Part shown: positions 15,629 through 27,289 of the stretch, piece by piece
Position numbering within the stretch: the first letter of the stretch is position 1
Layout: every line of letters starts with the position of its first letter
DNA from: Chitinophagales bacterium
GTDB lineage: Bacteria > Bacteroidota > Bacteroidia > Chitinophagales > JADIYW01
Direction: 5' to 3'
Assembly: GCA_017984135.1 (NCBI GenBank)
Contig: JAGNZZ010000006.1
Coordinates: 18,436 to 82,435 of the forward strand
DNA: 64,000 bases
The notes under the pieces: generated by a model
Databases searched by the model: none
The model's input: the letters and a program-made list of their open reading frames with translations, nothing else
What the model was told of the DNA's origin: nothing
Program-made: the position numbers and the translations under genes

Positions 15629-18600
15629 TGGTGTAAGCGAGAAACGGAAAGTGATGCCTCCACGATGTGAGCGCTGCGGGTAAGAAGCTAAAGTTGCTGG
15701 TGTTATTCTTCGGAAATCGTAGAACAAACGAACATTTAGTTTATTATTAATAATGTAGTCTATCGTAGCGGCTAATGAGATTGTTTTTTGGCCGCGTGTT
15801 GGTTCTGCAATATTTTGGTCTAGTCGGTAATTGACTGTTTTGTCATCTCTATAAGAGAAATCTGCACGTAAATTAATATCGTTCTGTAAAGTGATTTTTT
15901 TGCCTTTAATTTTAAATGGCAATTTAAATTTTGCCAATTTATAACCGATGGCAGCCACATATTCTGTTGTTCTTGTTTCTGTTAGTCTATAATCCAACAA
16001 ACTCATGCCTAAGGTTCTTGATTTTTTAAATTCAAAATTAGTAATTAAGCTATTTTTCCATGAAATTTCAATTCCAATTAATGGCGATAATTGTTCAGTA
16101 ATAGTTACTTGTGGAATAGAATAATAGGAATAATAGTTACCGGACAATGAATCGATGCGTTCTGGCGCGTAATATAATTCTTCATTAAAATATCCAGGTT
16201 GACCTAAATAGTTTAAGTTTGTAACATACGATCCAATACTGAATGTAGAGGTATAGCCATGTGTGATATTAAATGTAGTAAATAATTTTTTACCCCATTT
16301 TGTTTTAGCAAAACCGTTATAGGTAATTCGCCAGTTAGGCAATGGAATTGTTTTCAATGGATTTAGGCGAACTTTATCCGGATCTTTTCCGGTATAAGCG
16401 GCAATTAAAGATGGTACTAATACGTCTTGTGAGAATGGTCCGTAACCTTCTTTAAAATTAGGAAGGCTAATGCTATCATTAATATATATGCTATCTGACA
16501 ATGGGTTTTTATCTCCAAATTTATTAGAATACGTTTCTCTTAATTCTTGGAATTTATAAAATGCATTACTGAAGTTATTTTCATCTACTTTGCTAAAAAT
16601 AGTTTTCAACATTAAAAAAGACATCGACATATTCCCATTTACCTGTGGTGTTAAGTGTTGATATGGATTGGATGGTGATGTTTTCTTAAAAAATTCGGTG
16701 TACGTTTCACCTTGTGTTTTTTGCATAGAAATTTCCACGCGTAAATCACGATAAGGTTCTAACGTAACACGCAAATTGAATGCTTTTTGTTTGGTTTGGA
16801 TAAATTGGTAATTAAATGTGGTGTCCGAAGAGATTAAGCCTCTATTTGCTAATGAATTTAACCAATTAGAATCGCGTTGGGCACCAAATAAAAATGCAGC
16901 ACCTGGTGCATGTTTTTTAAAATCTTGTCCAAACAGCAACGGTGTTGCCGTTAAACCTGGAAGTATAGTGGTTCCTTTTACATCGTAACTAATAGAGGCA
17001 CGTTGCAACATTAGCAGTGGACGCAATGCATATTCTAAATTTGGATTTTCTGGCATTGCCAGTTGTCGTTTTTCTAATTTCAGCTGACGTAAATCATTTT
17101 TTAGTTGTTTTTTTTCATCTACTAATTTTTTAATATCTGCTTTTGTTTTTGAGGTATCATTTTCCGCCAATTCAATATCTATAATTTTCTTTTCTAATTC
17201 TTGTTTTTTCTTAATAATTTTTTCTTCGCTTCTACTTTCTAGTTCTTTGTATTTAGTAAAAGCATCTGCATATTCTTGTTTTGTTTTCTTCATGCCTGTT
17301 TGTGTGTAAGGCTTCAAAAATTTCGACTTTTGAAATAAACTTTTGAAATTAATATCACCGGCCACTTGATAATTCTGTCCGTTTTTTACTGTATTTCCTA
17401 AACTGGTTAATGCCAATGAAGATGCGAGATAAGAATAATCCGCGCTATATCTTGTTTTTACGTTTATCCAATCTAAAGATGGAAATAGATGGAATGGTAA
17501 ATTATAAGATGCATTAAAAATATGGTCATAACTTACATTACGTCCAAATTTCCAAAAATTACGACGAACGGTGTCTCTTTTTTCTTTGGTATCTATTGCA
17601 CCATCTGGTTCATCTACACGTGCTTTATTATTGGCAGTAAAATCAATATTTATAGATTTTGTTAAATTGTATTTGATGCTCCAAAATCGATCCCACGTAA
17701 AATATTTATCATAAGTAGGCTGTATCACTAATCCATCGCCACCAATATCTCTAATTTTTTGTACGCCATATTGACGGTTGACATCTGTTCTAAATGAAAC
17801 AGAATTTGGTTTTAAATTCAAATTAAACTCTTTAATTGGTTTAAGATGAATGCTATTATTTTTTAATTTTTTAAACGGTGTCCACACTAAAGGTTTTGGC
17901 GAAAAATTCCATCCTAAGGAACCACGATGACGCGTGATGCGTTCATTTTCTATTATTGGATTTCGTTTATCCGTTTGTATGAATGCGTAGGTAAAATTGA
18001 AATTCTCTACATCATAAACGCGAGGTTCTTTTTGTGGATTGGTTCGTTCTTTATGTAAATTGGTAACATTGAAACTTTTAATAGTAGTTACGTCTTGCGC
18101 CACACGTTTTGTGGAATCTATTAGTTCTTTTTTTCTTTCTTTAGACAAATTGGCATCTGTATTAATCACTTCAAATTTATCTTTCAACTCTACATCTAAT
18201 TCATACGGATCGTATTGAGGTGTGCTGATGGCTTGAGAAAATTGAGCATATACCGGAATTTGTAAGCCGGCTTTTTCGGGAATTAAATTACCTAATTGTA
18301 AGTTCGTGGCAATGTCATATTGGTAGTAATTATCTCTATAACGTTGGTTGAGTCGTTGCTCTAAGTCACCATAACCAATGGAGTGCATGTTTCCTGAAAA
18401 AATTACATTTCCGAGGTTACCCAATTGCATATCTACTCTACCTAAAGCAGCCCAGCCCATTCGTTCATCAAATCCGGACATACGCAATTCGTTCACCCAT
18501 ATTTCGGCACATTTTGGCATTCCATCGTCTTTGTCATCATTCTCACCAATAATTCGTTTTGGATTCCGAACGCCAATCATAAAAACTGCTGCTACACCTA

Positions 18601-21600
18601 AATCAGGATTTCCTTTAATGCTAATTTTATCGCCGTTTGCCAAAGTAACATCATAAGGTAAAATCAAGGATGCACTACTTTGATTTCGTTTTTGTTTTAC
18701 TGCAGTTAAGCTATCTAACAATACATTCATTTGATTGGAATCTGGCCAAATGAGTCTTTTATCCATTTCACTTTCCGGATTGTAATTTCCGGCAGGCGTC
18801 ACTTTTAATGGAATTTCATATTCATAATAGTTATCGGTGAAATCAGAACCAATGCGCATAAAAACAGTAAGGTCATTGTCTTTTATGGGATATAAAGAAC
18901 CTTTATCTCCAGGAAAATTTTCTGCATGCGTGAATAATTTCATGCGTTTATAATTCCTTAAATCCATATTGGTAGTTTTAAATACCGCACGTGCATCGCC
19001 ATCATTTAATTCGCACACTTGCAAACTCATGGCTTGTTCGTTTTGCAAGGCGTTGTTGTAACCACTTATATTTTGTTCTCTATTGATACCTGGTGGAATT
19101 GCATACGGAATTGGTGTTCGTGTAGCATTTTCTTCCACACTTACCGAAGCCACGTTGAATTCAGTTCCTGAAGTTTCGTCTCCAGGTAATTGCTCACCTG
19201 GATTCGATAAAGATAAATCGTATTTTCTCCATTGATTACGAACTAAGCCAAATTCAGCTAATCGAAGCGTAACGCTATCTGTAAAGTCAGACATGATTAA
19301 ACGTACAAATCGGATGGAACGAAAATCCGCAATATTTCCTACACGCGATTCAAATTCTTTCACCGGAATTTTAATTTGATACCAATATGCTGAGTCATTC
19401 CCATTTACACCGAAACCTTGTCTGCTGGCAACATACGGTGAGTTGGCTAAGAAATTATCATCAAACGCCACTCGATATTGGAAATATTCTTCCGTTTCAT
19501 TGAGTGTGTTATCATTATTTAAATCTTCATTATCTGGTTGTGTTTTGGAATTTCCGTTTACATTACCACCATTTAAATTATTGGATGAATTACCTTGTGA
19601 ATTAGAAAAGTCTTTATATCGTGTTATAATGCCCACTTCACTACCAAATCTATTATCTCTATTAAATACATAATCATCACCCGAAGGGTCTGCATTTGCT
19701 TTGTCCAATGCTTCTTGATTTGAAATAATTCCTGCCAAATTACTGATATAATTGGCATAATAATTTCGTTCGGCATCATTTTCCAGTCCATCTAAACCAA
19801 CATCTTGTTTTTTAATGACATCGGGATCTGCATCAAAACTGTTAGTTAAGGCATTTTGAATGGTAGGTGTTACACCCCAAGCAGAAGTATCGACTGTTGT
19901 TCCTCCATTTGGACGAGGCAATCCATTTTCATATTGTTTTCGTGAATCTTTTAAAATATCTTCAGAAACTGTACCTAATTGAACATATAAATTTCCTTTT
20001 CTGTCAGCTCCTGGAAACTTAAAGGGATCTAGTACCCAAAACTGAACAAATTCAATATTGGCAGCTTCGAAATCGCTGGTAGATTCAATAGTACGCATGA
20101 TGCCACCCCAACGTGTTTCTGGATTATTTAATTTACCTTGAGCATTTATCCCTTTTGAATATGCCGTTGGCATTGTTTCAAAATTATAAGGTCCTTTTTC
20201 TTTAGGAAAATAAGATAAATCTAAGGTAAATAATGGAGGATTGGTGATGGTAGAATTTTGTCTGTTTTTAAACACATCTTTTTCATAAAACTGACGTGTA
20301 TAAATATTATTTTTTGCTTCTTGTTGTGCGGCACTGTTTAAAGGATTACTATTACTACTTCCTAAGTATACTGGATCTATGGAATACCAAGCTAATTTTG
20401 CTCTGTTAAATCCATATATTAAGCTATCGCTCACACGTGCTTCGGGAAATTTTTCAACGCCAAATGTATTTAGCATTCCTTTAGGAGCAGATGCTAAAGA
20501 CCAAGTAAGGAAGCTGCCTTTTAAATCGAACATGGTACTTGCTCCTTCAAAATCATCTACATAAACAGTTCCCGCATTATCTACATCAATTGCTTTAGAG
20601 TGTCCTGGCAAAAAAAGTGCGGCTTCGCCAGATGCTGATATTTTAGATGGTTCTTTGGTGTCTTGGGCTGTTATTTTGTTAAAAATACGCGTCATGCCTT
20701 TTGACTCAGTGGCATAATTAAAGTCGATACCGATAACATTATTCTTCACCGGATCATCGTTGAAATTAACTTTTTGAGTAAATGGCTTTTCTGCTAAGCG
20801 CAAATGGGTAAACCCTATGTTTATATTTTTATTGACTGCATAATCCAATCGTGTACCAAAAAGTGATTTATTAACGACACCAAAAAGCACATTATTTTCA
20901 AACTTAATATCAATAGGCACGCCTGAATTTAATACACCTTGATTAATAATCACCACTTCTCCAATACCATAATTTACGGTATAATCTACATTTTCTGTCA
21001 ACTGATTTCCACCGGCATTTACGGTAACGGAGCCTTGAGGTAAATTAAACGCGCCAGGTAATCTAAAGGTGCTGTTGTCTGTACCACGATAAGAGCCTTT
21101 CAATAAAAAGCGATTAAATTCAGGAAATTGTTGTGCGGCATATTTTGTCGTATCGTACAAATAACGGTAAGCGTATTTTGCTGCTACGGATGGATCTCCA
21201 ATTTTATTAGCTAAGTAAGTACCAAATGGTTCTAATACTGGAAAAATAATTTTACCATTTTTAGGTTGAATGGTGACGCCCGGAATAAAATCGAATTTTC
21301 CATCGTGTTGAGGATCCAATTGATTGTTTAAATTATCTAAATTTAATACTTTAATCAGTTGTTCGCCAGCCACATTATTGGGTGCAGGATCTGTGGGTAA
21401 GTATCTTTTTTGACCGCCACCTGGATCTTGATAATATACATCTAGAAAGAATTGTTCAGGACTTACATTATATGCACCTAAAGCATATACATTTTTCATC
21501 ATTAAGTCCCAAATTGGCTCCACTGTTCTTACGGAAGTTGCCTTCAGCATTTTTACAGCAATAATTTGGTCTTTTGTTTTGGTGGTATCTGCTAATGGCG

Positions 21601-23023
21601 GCAAGTCGGAAGCAAATTCACCCAACTGATATACTTGGCCATTGACCGTATATTGGATGGCAACCCCTAAAACTTCATCCGGTCTTAATTGCTGATTCAA
21701 TGATATATATCCTAATTGGGCATTAAAGGTATATTCTGTGGAAGCTAATTTTCTAGCACTTACTTTTTCATAATCATCCACCGCTTGCAGTGCATGATGT
21801 TCTAAAAAGCTGATGCATCTTGCTGGATCTCGGAAATCTTGTGCGTCGGTGCTGCGTGTTATTATATTATATAAATTATTCGAATTACTTTCAGGATAAG
21901 GATTGGTATTTCCTGATAATATGGATGGGTTAAAAACTTTATTGATTTCACCTATATCTTGAAAGGCTACCATTTCACGTACATCAATAGTTTGGCGTGT
22001 TTTATTCGTTACCCAAACTTCAATTTTACTGATATTGGTTTGTGCGCTCACAAATGGTAATCTGCTTAAACTTTGTTCATACACATCTCTAAAGTATTGG
22101 CTAATAAAAAAGTGTCGATTATCTTCATATTCATCTGCTTTGATGGTAAACTTTTTAGTTTGTGCTCCATTCTCAATACGTACAGATTCTGTTTTAGATT
22201 TTTGCTGAGATAAAATATTAGTAATCATTAATCGACCAAACTTTAATTGTGTTTTGACACCAAATAAATTTTGTGGTCCTTTAATTAATGCGCTTCTCAA
22301 AGGCAAGCTCACGTTTCCAAATTCTACATTTTGAATAATGTCATCTTCTTTGCCTTTATAGCCAAGTTTCATTTGGTTTTCAAAAGCAAAACCAGACTTA
22401 GTATTGTAGTTGATGCCTAATTTAATTTTATCGCCAATGGATGCCTGCAAACCCAATTGAATGTTCATATCAAAATCAAAATTGATATTCCGACGTTGAT
22501 TTTGTAGCAATACCGGATTGTCGGTTCGTTGCGAGTTAACACCAATGGTAACATCTACATTTCCTTGTGGTTTAATTTCAATTTTAGTTCCTCCTAAAAA
22601 GCGGTTGGTCAATTCTGGTCCTTGATATAAAAATGGTTGTTTACTTTTACGCTCGGCCAAGTCAATTGCTCGAGATCGTTGCTGAAAATAATTTTGTTCA
22701 GCTTCTTTATTGGAATATTCAAGATATTCATCATAAGTCATATACGTTGGTGCTTTGTAATTATCATCGCCAATTTTTTCGTACACAATATATTTATTGG
22801 TTTTGGGATCGTATTCTATCGTTTTTATTATGACAGATGGATCTTTAAGGTCAATAGTGGCAACTGACTTAGTAGTAACAAAGCTGGTATTTCTGTCAGA
22901 AATTGGAAATTTGAGTTTAGTTTGTGCAGTATCACTATTTTGAGCAAACATTTGCCTGTTGCTAAACACCAAGGAAAGCAACAAAAACAAGCTTAAAGAA
23001 GTGGTATGTATAGTTCTACTCAA
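15626..23023 (-). CDS. sprA: Type IX secretion system translocon / gliding cell-surface protein SprA (2465 aa)
   Basis: Giant signal-peptide-bearing beta-rich protein. Its size, the position between ruvA and gcvH, and the C-terminal ..GGITFRFSLTP ending are typical of SprA/Sov. Confidence 0.9.
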   Translation of the reverse strand: MSRTIHTTSLSLFLLLSLVFSNRQMFAQNSDTAQTKLKFPISDRNTSFVTTKSVATIDLKDPSVIIKTIEYDPKTNKYIVYEKIGDDNYKAPTYMTYDEYLEYSNKEAEQNYFQQRSRAIDLAERKSKQPFLYQGPELTNRFLGGTKIEIKPQGNVDVTIGVNSQRTDNPVLLQNQRRNINFDFDMNIQLGLQASIGDKIKLGINYNTKSGFAFENQMKLGYKGKEDDIIQNVEFGNVSLPLRSALIKGPQNLFGVKTQLKFGRLMITNILSQQKSKTESVRIENGAQTKKFTIKADEYEDNRHFFISQYFRDVYEQSLSRLPFVSAQTNISKIEVWVTNKTRQTIDVREMVAFQDIGEINKVFNPSILSGNTNPYPESNSNNLYNIITRSTDAQDFRDPARCISFLEHHALQAVDDYEKVSARKLASTEYTFNAQLGYISLNQQLRPDEVLGVAIQYTVNGQVYQLGEFASDLPPLADTTKTKDQIIAVKMLKATSVRTVEPIWDLMMKNVYALGAYNVSPEQFFLDVYYQDPGGGQKRYLPTDPAPNNVAGEQLIKVLNLDNLNNQLDPQHDGKFDFIPGVTIQPKNGKIIFPVLEPFGTYLANKIGDPSVAAKYAYRYLYDTTKYAAQQFPEFNRFLLKGSYRGTDNSTFRLPGAFNLPQGSVTVNAGGNQLTENVDYTVNYGIGEVVIINQGVLNSGVPIDIKFENNVLFGVVNKSLFGTRLDYAVNKNINIGFTHLRLAEKPFTQKVNFNDDPVKNNVIGIDFNYATESKGMTRIFNKITAQDTKEPSKISASGEAALFLPGHSKAIDVDNAGTVYVDDFEGASTMFDLKGSFLTWSLASAPKGMLNTFGVEKFPEARVSDSLIYGFNRAKLAWYSIDPVYLGSSNSNPLNSAAQQEAKNNIYTRQFYEKDVFKNRQNSTITNPPLFTLDLSYFPKEKGPYNFETMPTAYSKGINAQGKLNNPETRWGGIMRTIESTSDFEAANIEFVQFWVLDPFKFPGADRKGNLYVQLGTVSEDILKDSRKQYENGLPRPNGGTTVDTSAWGVTPTIQNALTNSFDADPDVIKKQDVGLDGLENDAERNYYANYISNLAGIISNQEALDKANADPSGDDYVFNRDNRFGSEVGIITRYKDFSNSQGNSSNNLNGGNVNGNSKTQPDNEDLNNDNTLNETEEYFQYRVAFDDNFLANSPYVASRQGFGVNGNDSAYWYQIKIPVKEFESRVGNIADFRSIRFVRLIMSDFTDSVTLRLAEFGLVRNQWRKYDLSLSNPGEQLPGDETSGTEFNVASVSVEENATRTPIPYAIPPGINREQNISGYNNALQNEQAMSLQVCELNDGDARAVFKTTNMDLRNYKRMKLFTHAENFPGDKGSLYPIKDNDLTVFMRIGSDFTDNYYEYEIPLKVTPAGNYNPESEMDKRLIWPDSNQMNVLLDSLTAVKQKRNQSSASLILPYDVTLANGDKISIKGNPDLGVAAVFMIGVRNPKRIIGENDDKDDGMPKCAEIWVNELRMSGFDERMGWAALGRVDMQLGNLGNVIFSGNMHSIGYGDLEQRLNQRYRDNYYQYDIATNLQLGNLIPEKAGLQIPVYAQFSQAISTPQYDPYELDVELKDKFEVINTDANLSKERKKELIDSTKRVAQDVTTIKSFNVTNLHKERTNPQKEPRVYDVENFNFTYAFIQTDKRNPIIENERITRHRGSLGWNFSPKPLVWTPFKKLKNNSIHLKPIKEFNLNLKPNSVSFRTDVNRQYGVQKIRDIGGDGLVIQPTYDKYFTWDRFWSIKYNLTKSINIDFTANNKARVDEPDGAIDTKEKRDTVRRNFWKFGRNVSYDHIFNASYNLPFHLFPSLDWINVKTRYSADYSYLASSLALTSLGNTVKNGQNYQVAGDINFKSLFQKSKFLKPYTQTGMKKTKQEYADAFTKYKELESRSEEKIIKKKQELEKKIIDIELAENDTSKTKADIKKLVDEKKQLKNDLRQLKLEKRQLAMPENPNLEYALRPLLMLQRASISYDVKGTTILPGLTATPLLFGQDFKKHAPGAAFLFGAQRDSNWLNSLANRGLISSDTTFNYQFIQTKQKAFNLRVTLEPYRDLRVEISMQKTQGETYTEFFKKTSPSNPYQHLTPQVNGNMSMSFLMLKTIFSKVDENNFSNAFYKFQELRETYSNKFGDKNPLSDSIYINDSISLPNFKEGYGPFSQDVLVPSLIAAYTGKDPDKVRLNPLKTIPLPNWRITYNGFAKTKWGKKLFTTFNITHGYTSTFSIGSYVTNLNYLGQPGYFNEELYYAPERIDSLSGNYYSYYSIPQVTITEQLSPLIGIEISWKNSLITNFEFKKSRTLGMSLLDYRLTETRTTEYVAAIGYKLAKFKLPFKIKGKKITLQNDINLRADFSYRDDKTVNYRLDQNIAEPTRGQKTISLAATIDYIINNKLNVRLFYDFRRITPATLASYPQRSHRGGITFRFSLTP

Positions 23024-23041
23024 AATAATTTTACCTCGAAT

Positions 23042-23638
23042 TTACAAATTTTTTAGGCTTAATTTAATCAATTCTTCTACCGATTGTATTTGACTATTTT
23101 CTTTCATCACTTTTGCCACTGCTTTTTCTGCTGTTGCTTTTTGGAAACCCAACATATTTAATGCCGATAAGGCTTCCTCACTCATTACAGATGTTTGGGT
23201 AGATAGCATCGTGCTGTCCATTCCTTCTGTCAAATTAGATTTTTTTAATTTATCTTTTAATTCCAAAATTAATCGCTGTGCTGATTTGGGTCCAATCCCT
23301 TTTATTGATTGTATTAAACGCACATCTTCCTGAATTATTGCTTTCTGAAATTCTTGAACGGAAAGTGAAGATAAAACCAATCGAGCAGTATTAGGACCAA
23401 CGCCGGAAACCGAAATCAAATATAAAAACATATTTTTTTCTTCTTCTGTATAAAATCCGTACAAAATATGTGCATCTTCACGTACCACTAAGTGTGTAAA
23501 TAACGTTGCATTTTCCATGTTTTCTAGTTGAGAAAATGTATTTAATGAAATATGAACAAAATAAGCTACACCATTGCAATCCAGGTAAATATGCGTAGGT
23601 GTTTTAAGTGTAATTTTTCCGTAAAGGTATGCAAACAT
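23042..23638 (-). CDS. ruvA: Holliday junction branch migration complex subunit RuvA
   Basis: MFAYLYGKI..GVAYFVHISL..LISVSGVGPNTA..IKGIGPKSAQRLILEL. The track's 12-codon N-terminal extension was dropped. Confidence 0.93.
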   Translation of the reverse strand: MFAYLYGKITLKTPTHIYLDCNGVAYFVHISLNTFSQLENMENATLFTHLVVREDAHILYGFYTEEEKNMFLYLISVSGVGPNTARLVLSSLSVQEFQKAIIQEDVRLIQSIKGIGPKSAQRLILELKDKLKKSNLTEGMDSTMLSTQTSVMSEEALSALNMLGFQKATAEKAVAKVMKENSQIQSVEELIKLSLKNL

Positions 23639-23785
23639 AGTTTTGGTTATTGTGCTGTAACTTTTTAGTGGCACAAAATACCAAAAAATCTATAAAATCA
23701 GATTTTAAATATTGAATTTAACGTGTTTGAAAAAAAACCATCTGGAATAGAATCTAGTTGAACCTAAAAAAATATATCAATAAAA

Positions 23786-25483
23786 TTATTTACAAGGAAT
23801 TTTTCGAACTTTTAATTTATCGCCCAGCTGTAGTATCGGATTTTTCTTTAATCCGTTCCATGCAATAATATCCTGCACAGTAACTTCTTCATACTTTTGT
23901 GCAATACCATAAACAGATTCCCCTTTTTTTACAATATGTGTTTTAAAGCAATCTTTATTTTTTAAAATCATACTCGGATTAATTTTATCAATAAATGGTT
24001 CTTTTGCTTTTTGATCTTTAATTAATTTTGCAGCAGCGGATTCTTCAAAAGTACTTATTTTGCTACTCAAATCATCCTTTATGTTTTTACTTAAATAATT
24101 AAACCTCGTAAATTTTTTCACATCCGTTTTATGTACATATACCAATAATTCATCATTTAATTTGATAGTATTATCAGAAATAGAATTCCATCGTTTTAAA
24201 TCTTTTACTGTACAATGAAACCATGCTGAAATTGCCCCTAAATTATCTCCTTTTTTAACAGTATATGCAATGGTTTTATAATTCACATCATCTTCCTTTA
24301 ATTTCATTTTTGCAGATGCTGCTATTGGTAACTCTTTTTCATTCGTTGCAGGAATTTCTTTCCATTTTTCTCCTTTAGTAGTCGATGTAGCAGAAGAAGG
24401 CTTAGTGGTTTTATCTTGTTTTAATTCATTTTTAGTTTCAAAGCTGGCTGTCATTTTTGTGCCAATGATGGGTGATTCTAATTGTTGTTCTTCTTGTTCA
24501 CACAATGCTTTCTGATATAAAGAATCTTGTAAATTATTAAAGGCATTTATTTTTGAAATTGGCAAATTGAGGATAAAATCAGAAGGAATGGATGTGGTAA
24601 GTAAAGATGGATTATCGTCTATTAATATTTGACGCGGAATCGTAAGTGTATTTTCTAAATCATTGAGTGTTACTTTTTGACGAACAGTAATCCGATGCGT
24701 TTTTTCATTTCCAAGTTCTTGCGCATCAATTCCATATCGGTCTGCATATTTCATTGCATATACCATTGCTATAAAAGAGGGCACATAGGCGCGTGTTTCT
24801 GCCGGAAGGAATGAGCGAATATCCCAAAAATTTGTTGAACCGCCTGCTTTTTTTATAGCTTTATTTACGTTACCGGCTCCACAATTATACGATGCAATCG
24901 ACAATTGCCAATTACCATATAAATTGTACATTTCTAATAAATATCGAGCAGCTGCATCACATGCTAAATAGGGATCACGTCGTTCATCTACACGTTTATT
25001 GATGCTTAAATTATATCGTAAAGCAGTACTGTACATAAACTGCCAAGGTCCGCTGGCGCCGGCCTTTGACAAAGCAAAAGGATTAAGTGCTGATTCCACG
25101 ACTGCCAAATATTTCATTTCATCAGGAATACCATATTTTGCTAGAATAGGTTCAAAAATGGGGAAAAACTTTTTAGCTCTTCCCAACATTTTGGCAATAT
25201 GTGTTTTTCGTTTCTCATGGGTATTGTACGAAATATATTTTTGTACATGATCATTATAATCTAATGATATGGTTTGTTGAATTTTTTTTAAACGAACGGC
25301 AATTTGTGCACTTAACACCACTGGATCGGGATCGTCTTTAAATAATTGTTCTTCGGTCGGAATATCAATTTCAGATTGTTTGTCTTTAAACTGTGATGGT
25401 GGCGATGATTGTGCCAGCATAAACTTATTTTGCAAACAAAAAATCAACAATATATATAGGAAAAAAAATCGGTTGAATCGCAT
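23786..25483 (-). CDS. MltD-like lytic transglycosylase with two C-terminal LysM domains
   Basis: SLT motif AVVESALNPFALSKAGASGPWQFM and LysM repeats (YTVKKGDNLGAISAWF.., HIVKKGESVYGIAQKY..). Confidence 0.88.
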   Translation of the reverse strand: MRFNRFFFLYILLIFCLQNKFMLAQSSPPSQFKDKQSEIDIPTEEQLFKDDPDPVVLSAQIAVRLKKIQQTISLDYNDHVQKYISYNTHEKRKTHIAKMLGRAKKFFPIFEPILAKYGIPDEMKYLAVVESALNPFALSKAGASGPWQFMYSTALRYNLSINKRVDERRDPYLACDAAARYLLEMYNLYGNWQLSIASYNCGAGNVNKAIKKAGGSTNFWDIRSFLPAETRAYVPSFIAMVYAMKYADRYGIDAQELGNEKTHRITVRQKVTLNDLENTLTIPRQILIDDNPSLLTTSIPSDFILNLPISKINAFNNLQDSLYQKALCEQEEQQLESPIIGTKMTASFETKNELKQDKTTKPSSATSTTKGEKWKEIPATNEKELPIAASAKMKLKEDDVNYKTIAYTVKKGDNLGAISAWFHCTVKDLKRWNSISDNTIKLNDELLVYVHKTDVKKFTRFNYLSKNIKDDLSSKISTFEESAAAKLIKDQKAKEPFIDKINPSMILKNKDCFKTHIVKKGESVYGIAQKYEEVTVQDIIAWNGLKKNPILQLGDKLKVRKIPCK

Positions 25484-25550
25484 TTTTGCAAGATACGGAA
25501 AATGAGATGGAACACGAAGCCGCTTGCGTATTTTAGGATTTTTTTAGATA

Positions 25551-26969
25551 TTATTCTACAAATAATTTAGCAAATTGTAATAAATCTAAATCTTGCCATC
25601 TTCCTGCCATGAGTTGCATGCCAATAGGCAAGCCTGTTTTTGAAGTATATAATGGCAATGAAATGCCGGGAACACCAGCAATATTAGCTTGAACGGTGAA
25701 AATATCTCCTAAAAAGGAAGCTATTGAATCTTGCACTTCTCCAATTTTATAAGCAGGCGTAGGTGCAGTTGGGCAAAATATGAAATCGTAGGATTCAAAT
25801 GTTTTATAGGTTTTTTCCGCTACAATTCGTCTCACTTTTTGTGCTTTAGAATAGTAGGCATCGTAATAACCGGCACTCAATACAAATGCACCACTCATGA
25901 TACGTCGTTGTACTTCTTTGCCAAATCCTTGTGAACGCGTAAGTTTATATGTTGATTCTAAATCACCTGCTTCCTTGGCATGATAGCCAAATTTCACGCC
26001 GTCATATCTAGATAAATTAGAAGAAGCTTCTGCGGTAGTAAGCACATAATAGGCTGGTACAATATATTCCAATTCGTCAAATTCTATCGCATCGACATGA
26101 TGACCCTCATTTTTTAAACGTTCAATAAATTGCCAGCTGGCATCTCGAACCTCTTTGTCCACGCCATTGTGCTCCAACGCATTTTTATAATAGGCAATTT
26201 TGTATTTTTTTGTAGATGCTAATTCTTTTGAATAATTGGGAACTTCTTTTGGCGAACAAGTTGCATCATACGCATCCACACCGGAAATGACTTCTAATAG
26301 CAATGCTGCATCTTCTATATTATTTGTAAAAGGACCGATTTGGTCAAACGAGGAACCATACGCCATTAATCCATATCGTGAAACACGACCATAGCTTGGT
26401 TTTAATCCAATTATTCCACAAAAAGAAGCAGGTTGACGAATAGAACCACCTGTATCAGAACCTAAAGAAGCAATACACAAACCAGCCGCTACAGCAACTG
26501 CTGAACCACCAGACGAACCACCGGAAACACGAGTGGTATCGTATGGATTTAAAACTGGACCATATACTGAATTTTCATTACTGCCACCCATGGCAAACTC
26601 ATCACAATTGGTACTACCAATAATGATGGCATCTTCTGCCAATAAACGCTCAACAACAGTGGCTGAATACGGTGAAATAAATCCTTCTAATATTTTAGAA
26701 GCACCGGTAGCTGGATGATTTTTATAAACGATATTATCTTTGATGGCAATGGTTAGACCAAACAATTTGCCTAATGTTTGCTTCGACGCTAATTTTCCAT
26801 CTAATTCTTTTGCTTTAAGTAAAGCACTTTTTTCAAATACTTCAACAAAAGCATTTAAATGTTGATGAGCATGTATAAGTGAAATCGAGTGTTGTACAAA
26901 ATCTGTAACAGTAATTTTTTGACTAAATAAATCTTCTTGCAGTGCCTTTAGCGTTCTGTACGTTTCCAC
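25551..26969 (-). CDS. gatA: Asp-tRNA(Asn)/Glu-tRNA(Gln) amidotransferase subunit A
   Basis: Amidase signature GGSSGGSAVAVAAG..GSDTGGSIRQPA. Confidence 0.93.
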   Translation of the reverse strand: METYRTLKALQEDLFSQKITVTDFVQHSISLIHAHQHLNAFVEVFEKSALLKAKELDGKLASKQTLGKLFGLTIAIKDNIVYKNHPATGASKILEGFISPYSATVVERLLAEDAIIIGSTNCDEFAMGGSNENSVYGPVLNPYDTTRVSGGSSGGSAVAVAAGLCIASLGSDTGGSIRQPASFCGIIGLKPSYGRVSRYGLMAYGSSFDQIGPFTNNIEDAALLLEVISGVDAYDATCSPKEVPNYSKELASTKKYKIAYYKNALEHNGVDKEVRDASWQFIERLKNEGHHVDAIEFDELEYIVPAYYVLTTAEASSNLSRYDGVKFGYHAKEAGDLESTYKLTRSQGFGKEVQRRIMSGAFVLSAGYYDAYYSKAQKVRRIVAEKTYKTFESYDFIFCPTAPTPAYKIGEVQDSIASFLGDIFTVQANIAGVPGISLPLYTSKTGLPIGMQLMAGRWQDLDLLQFAKLFVE

Positions 26970-26986
26970 TTGTAAGCGAATTGGGT

Positions 26987-27187
26987 TTATTTGTTTTCTG
27001 GAAGTTTTTTTGATTCGTCTTCTTTTAATCCTTTATCAAACTCATCTTGTAAATTTGATTTTGCTGAATTAAATTCACGAATACCTTTTCCGACACCACG
27101 CATTAATTCTGGAATTTTTTTACCTCCAAAAAGCAACACAACTACTGCCAGTATAAACCATAATTCTGTTCCATGTATTCCAAACAT
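26987..27187 (-). CDS. tatA: Twin-arginine translocase TatA/E
   Basis: [32 protein letters not shown]. Confidence 0.92.
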   Translation of the reverse strand: MFGIHGTELWFILAVVVLLFGGKKIPELMRGVGKGIREFNSAKSNLQDEFDKGLKEDESKKLPENK

Positions 27188-27203
27188 AATGTATTATTTT
27201 CTA

Positions 27204-27211
27204 CAAATTTA
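27204..27211 (-). promoter_or_regulatory. -7 box TAAATTTG for tatA
   Basis: Exact TAnnTTTG, 16 nt upstream of the ATG. Confidence 0.5.
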
Positions 27212-27289
27212 GTGCTTTTAAATGTTAAATGTTCCATTTAACTGTGTAAAGATTGTTATTATTTATTTAAAAACTAGTTGATTCTCACG

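Noticed and set aside
18378-22867. Short + strand ORFs scattered inside sprA
   Set aside because: They are antisense to a 7.4-kb continuous reading frame and have no features of real genes.
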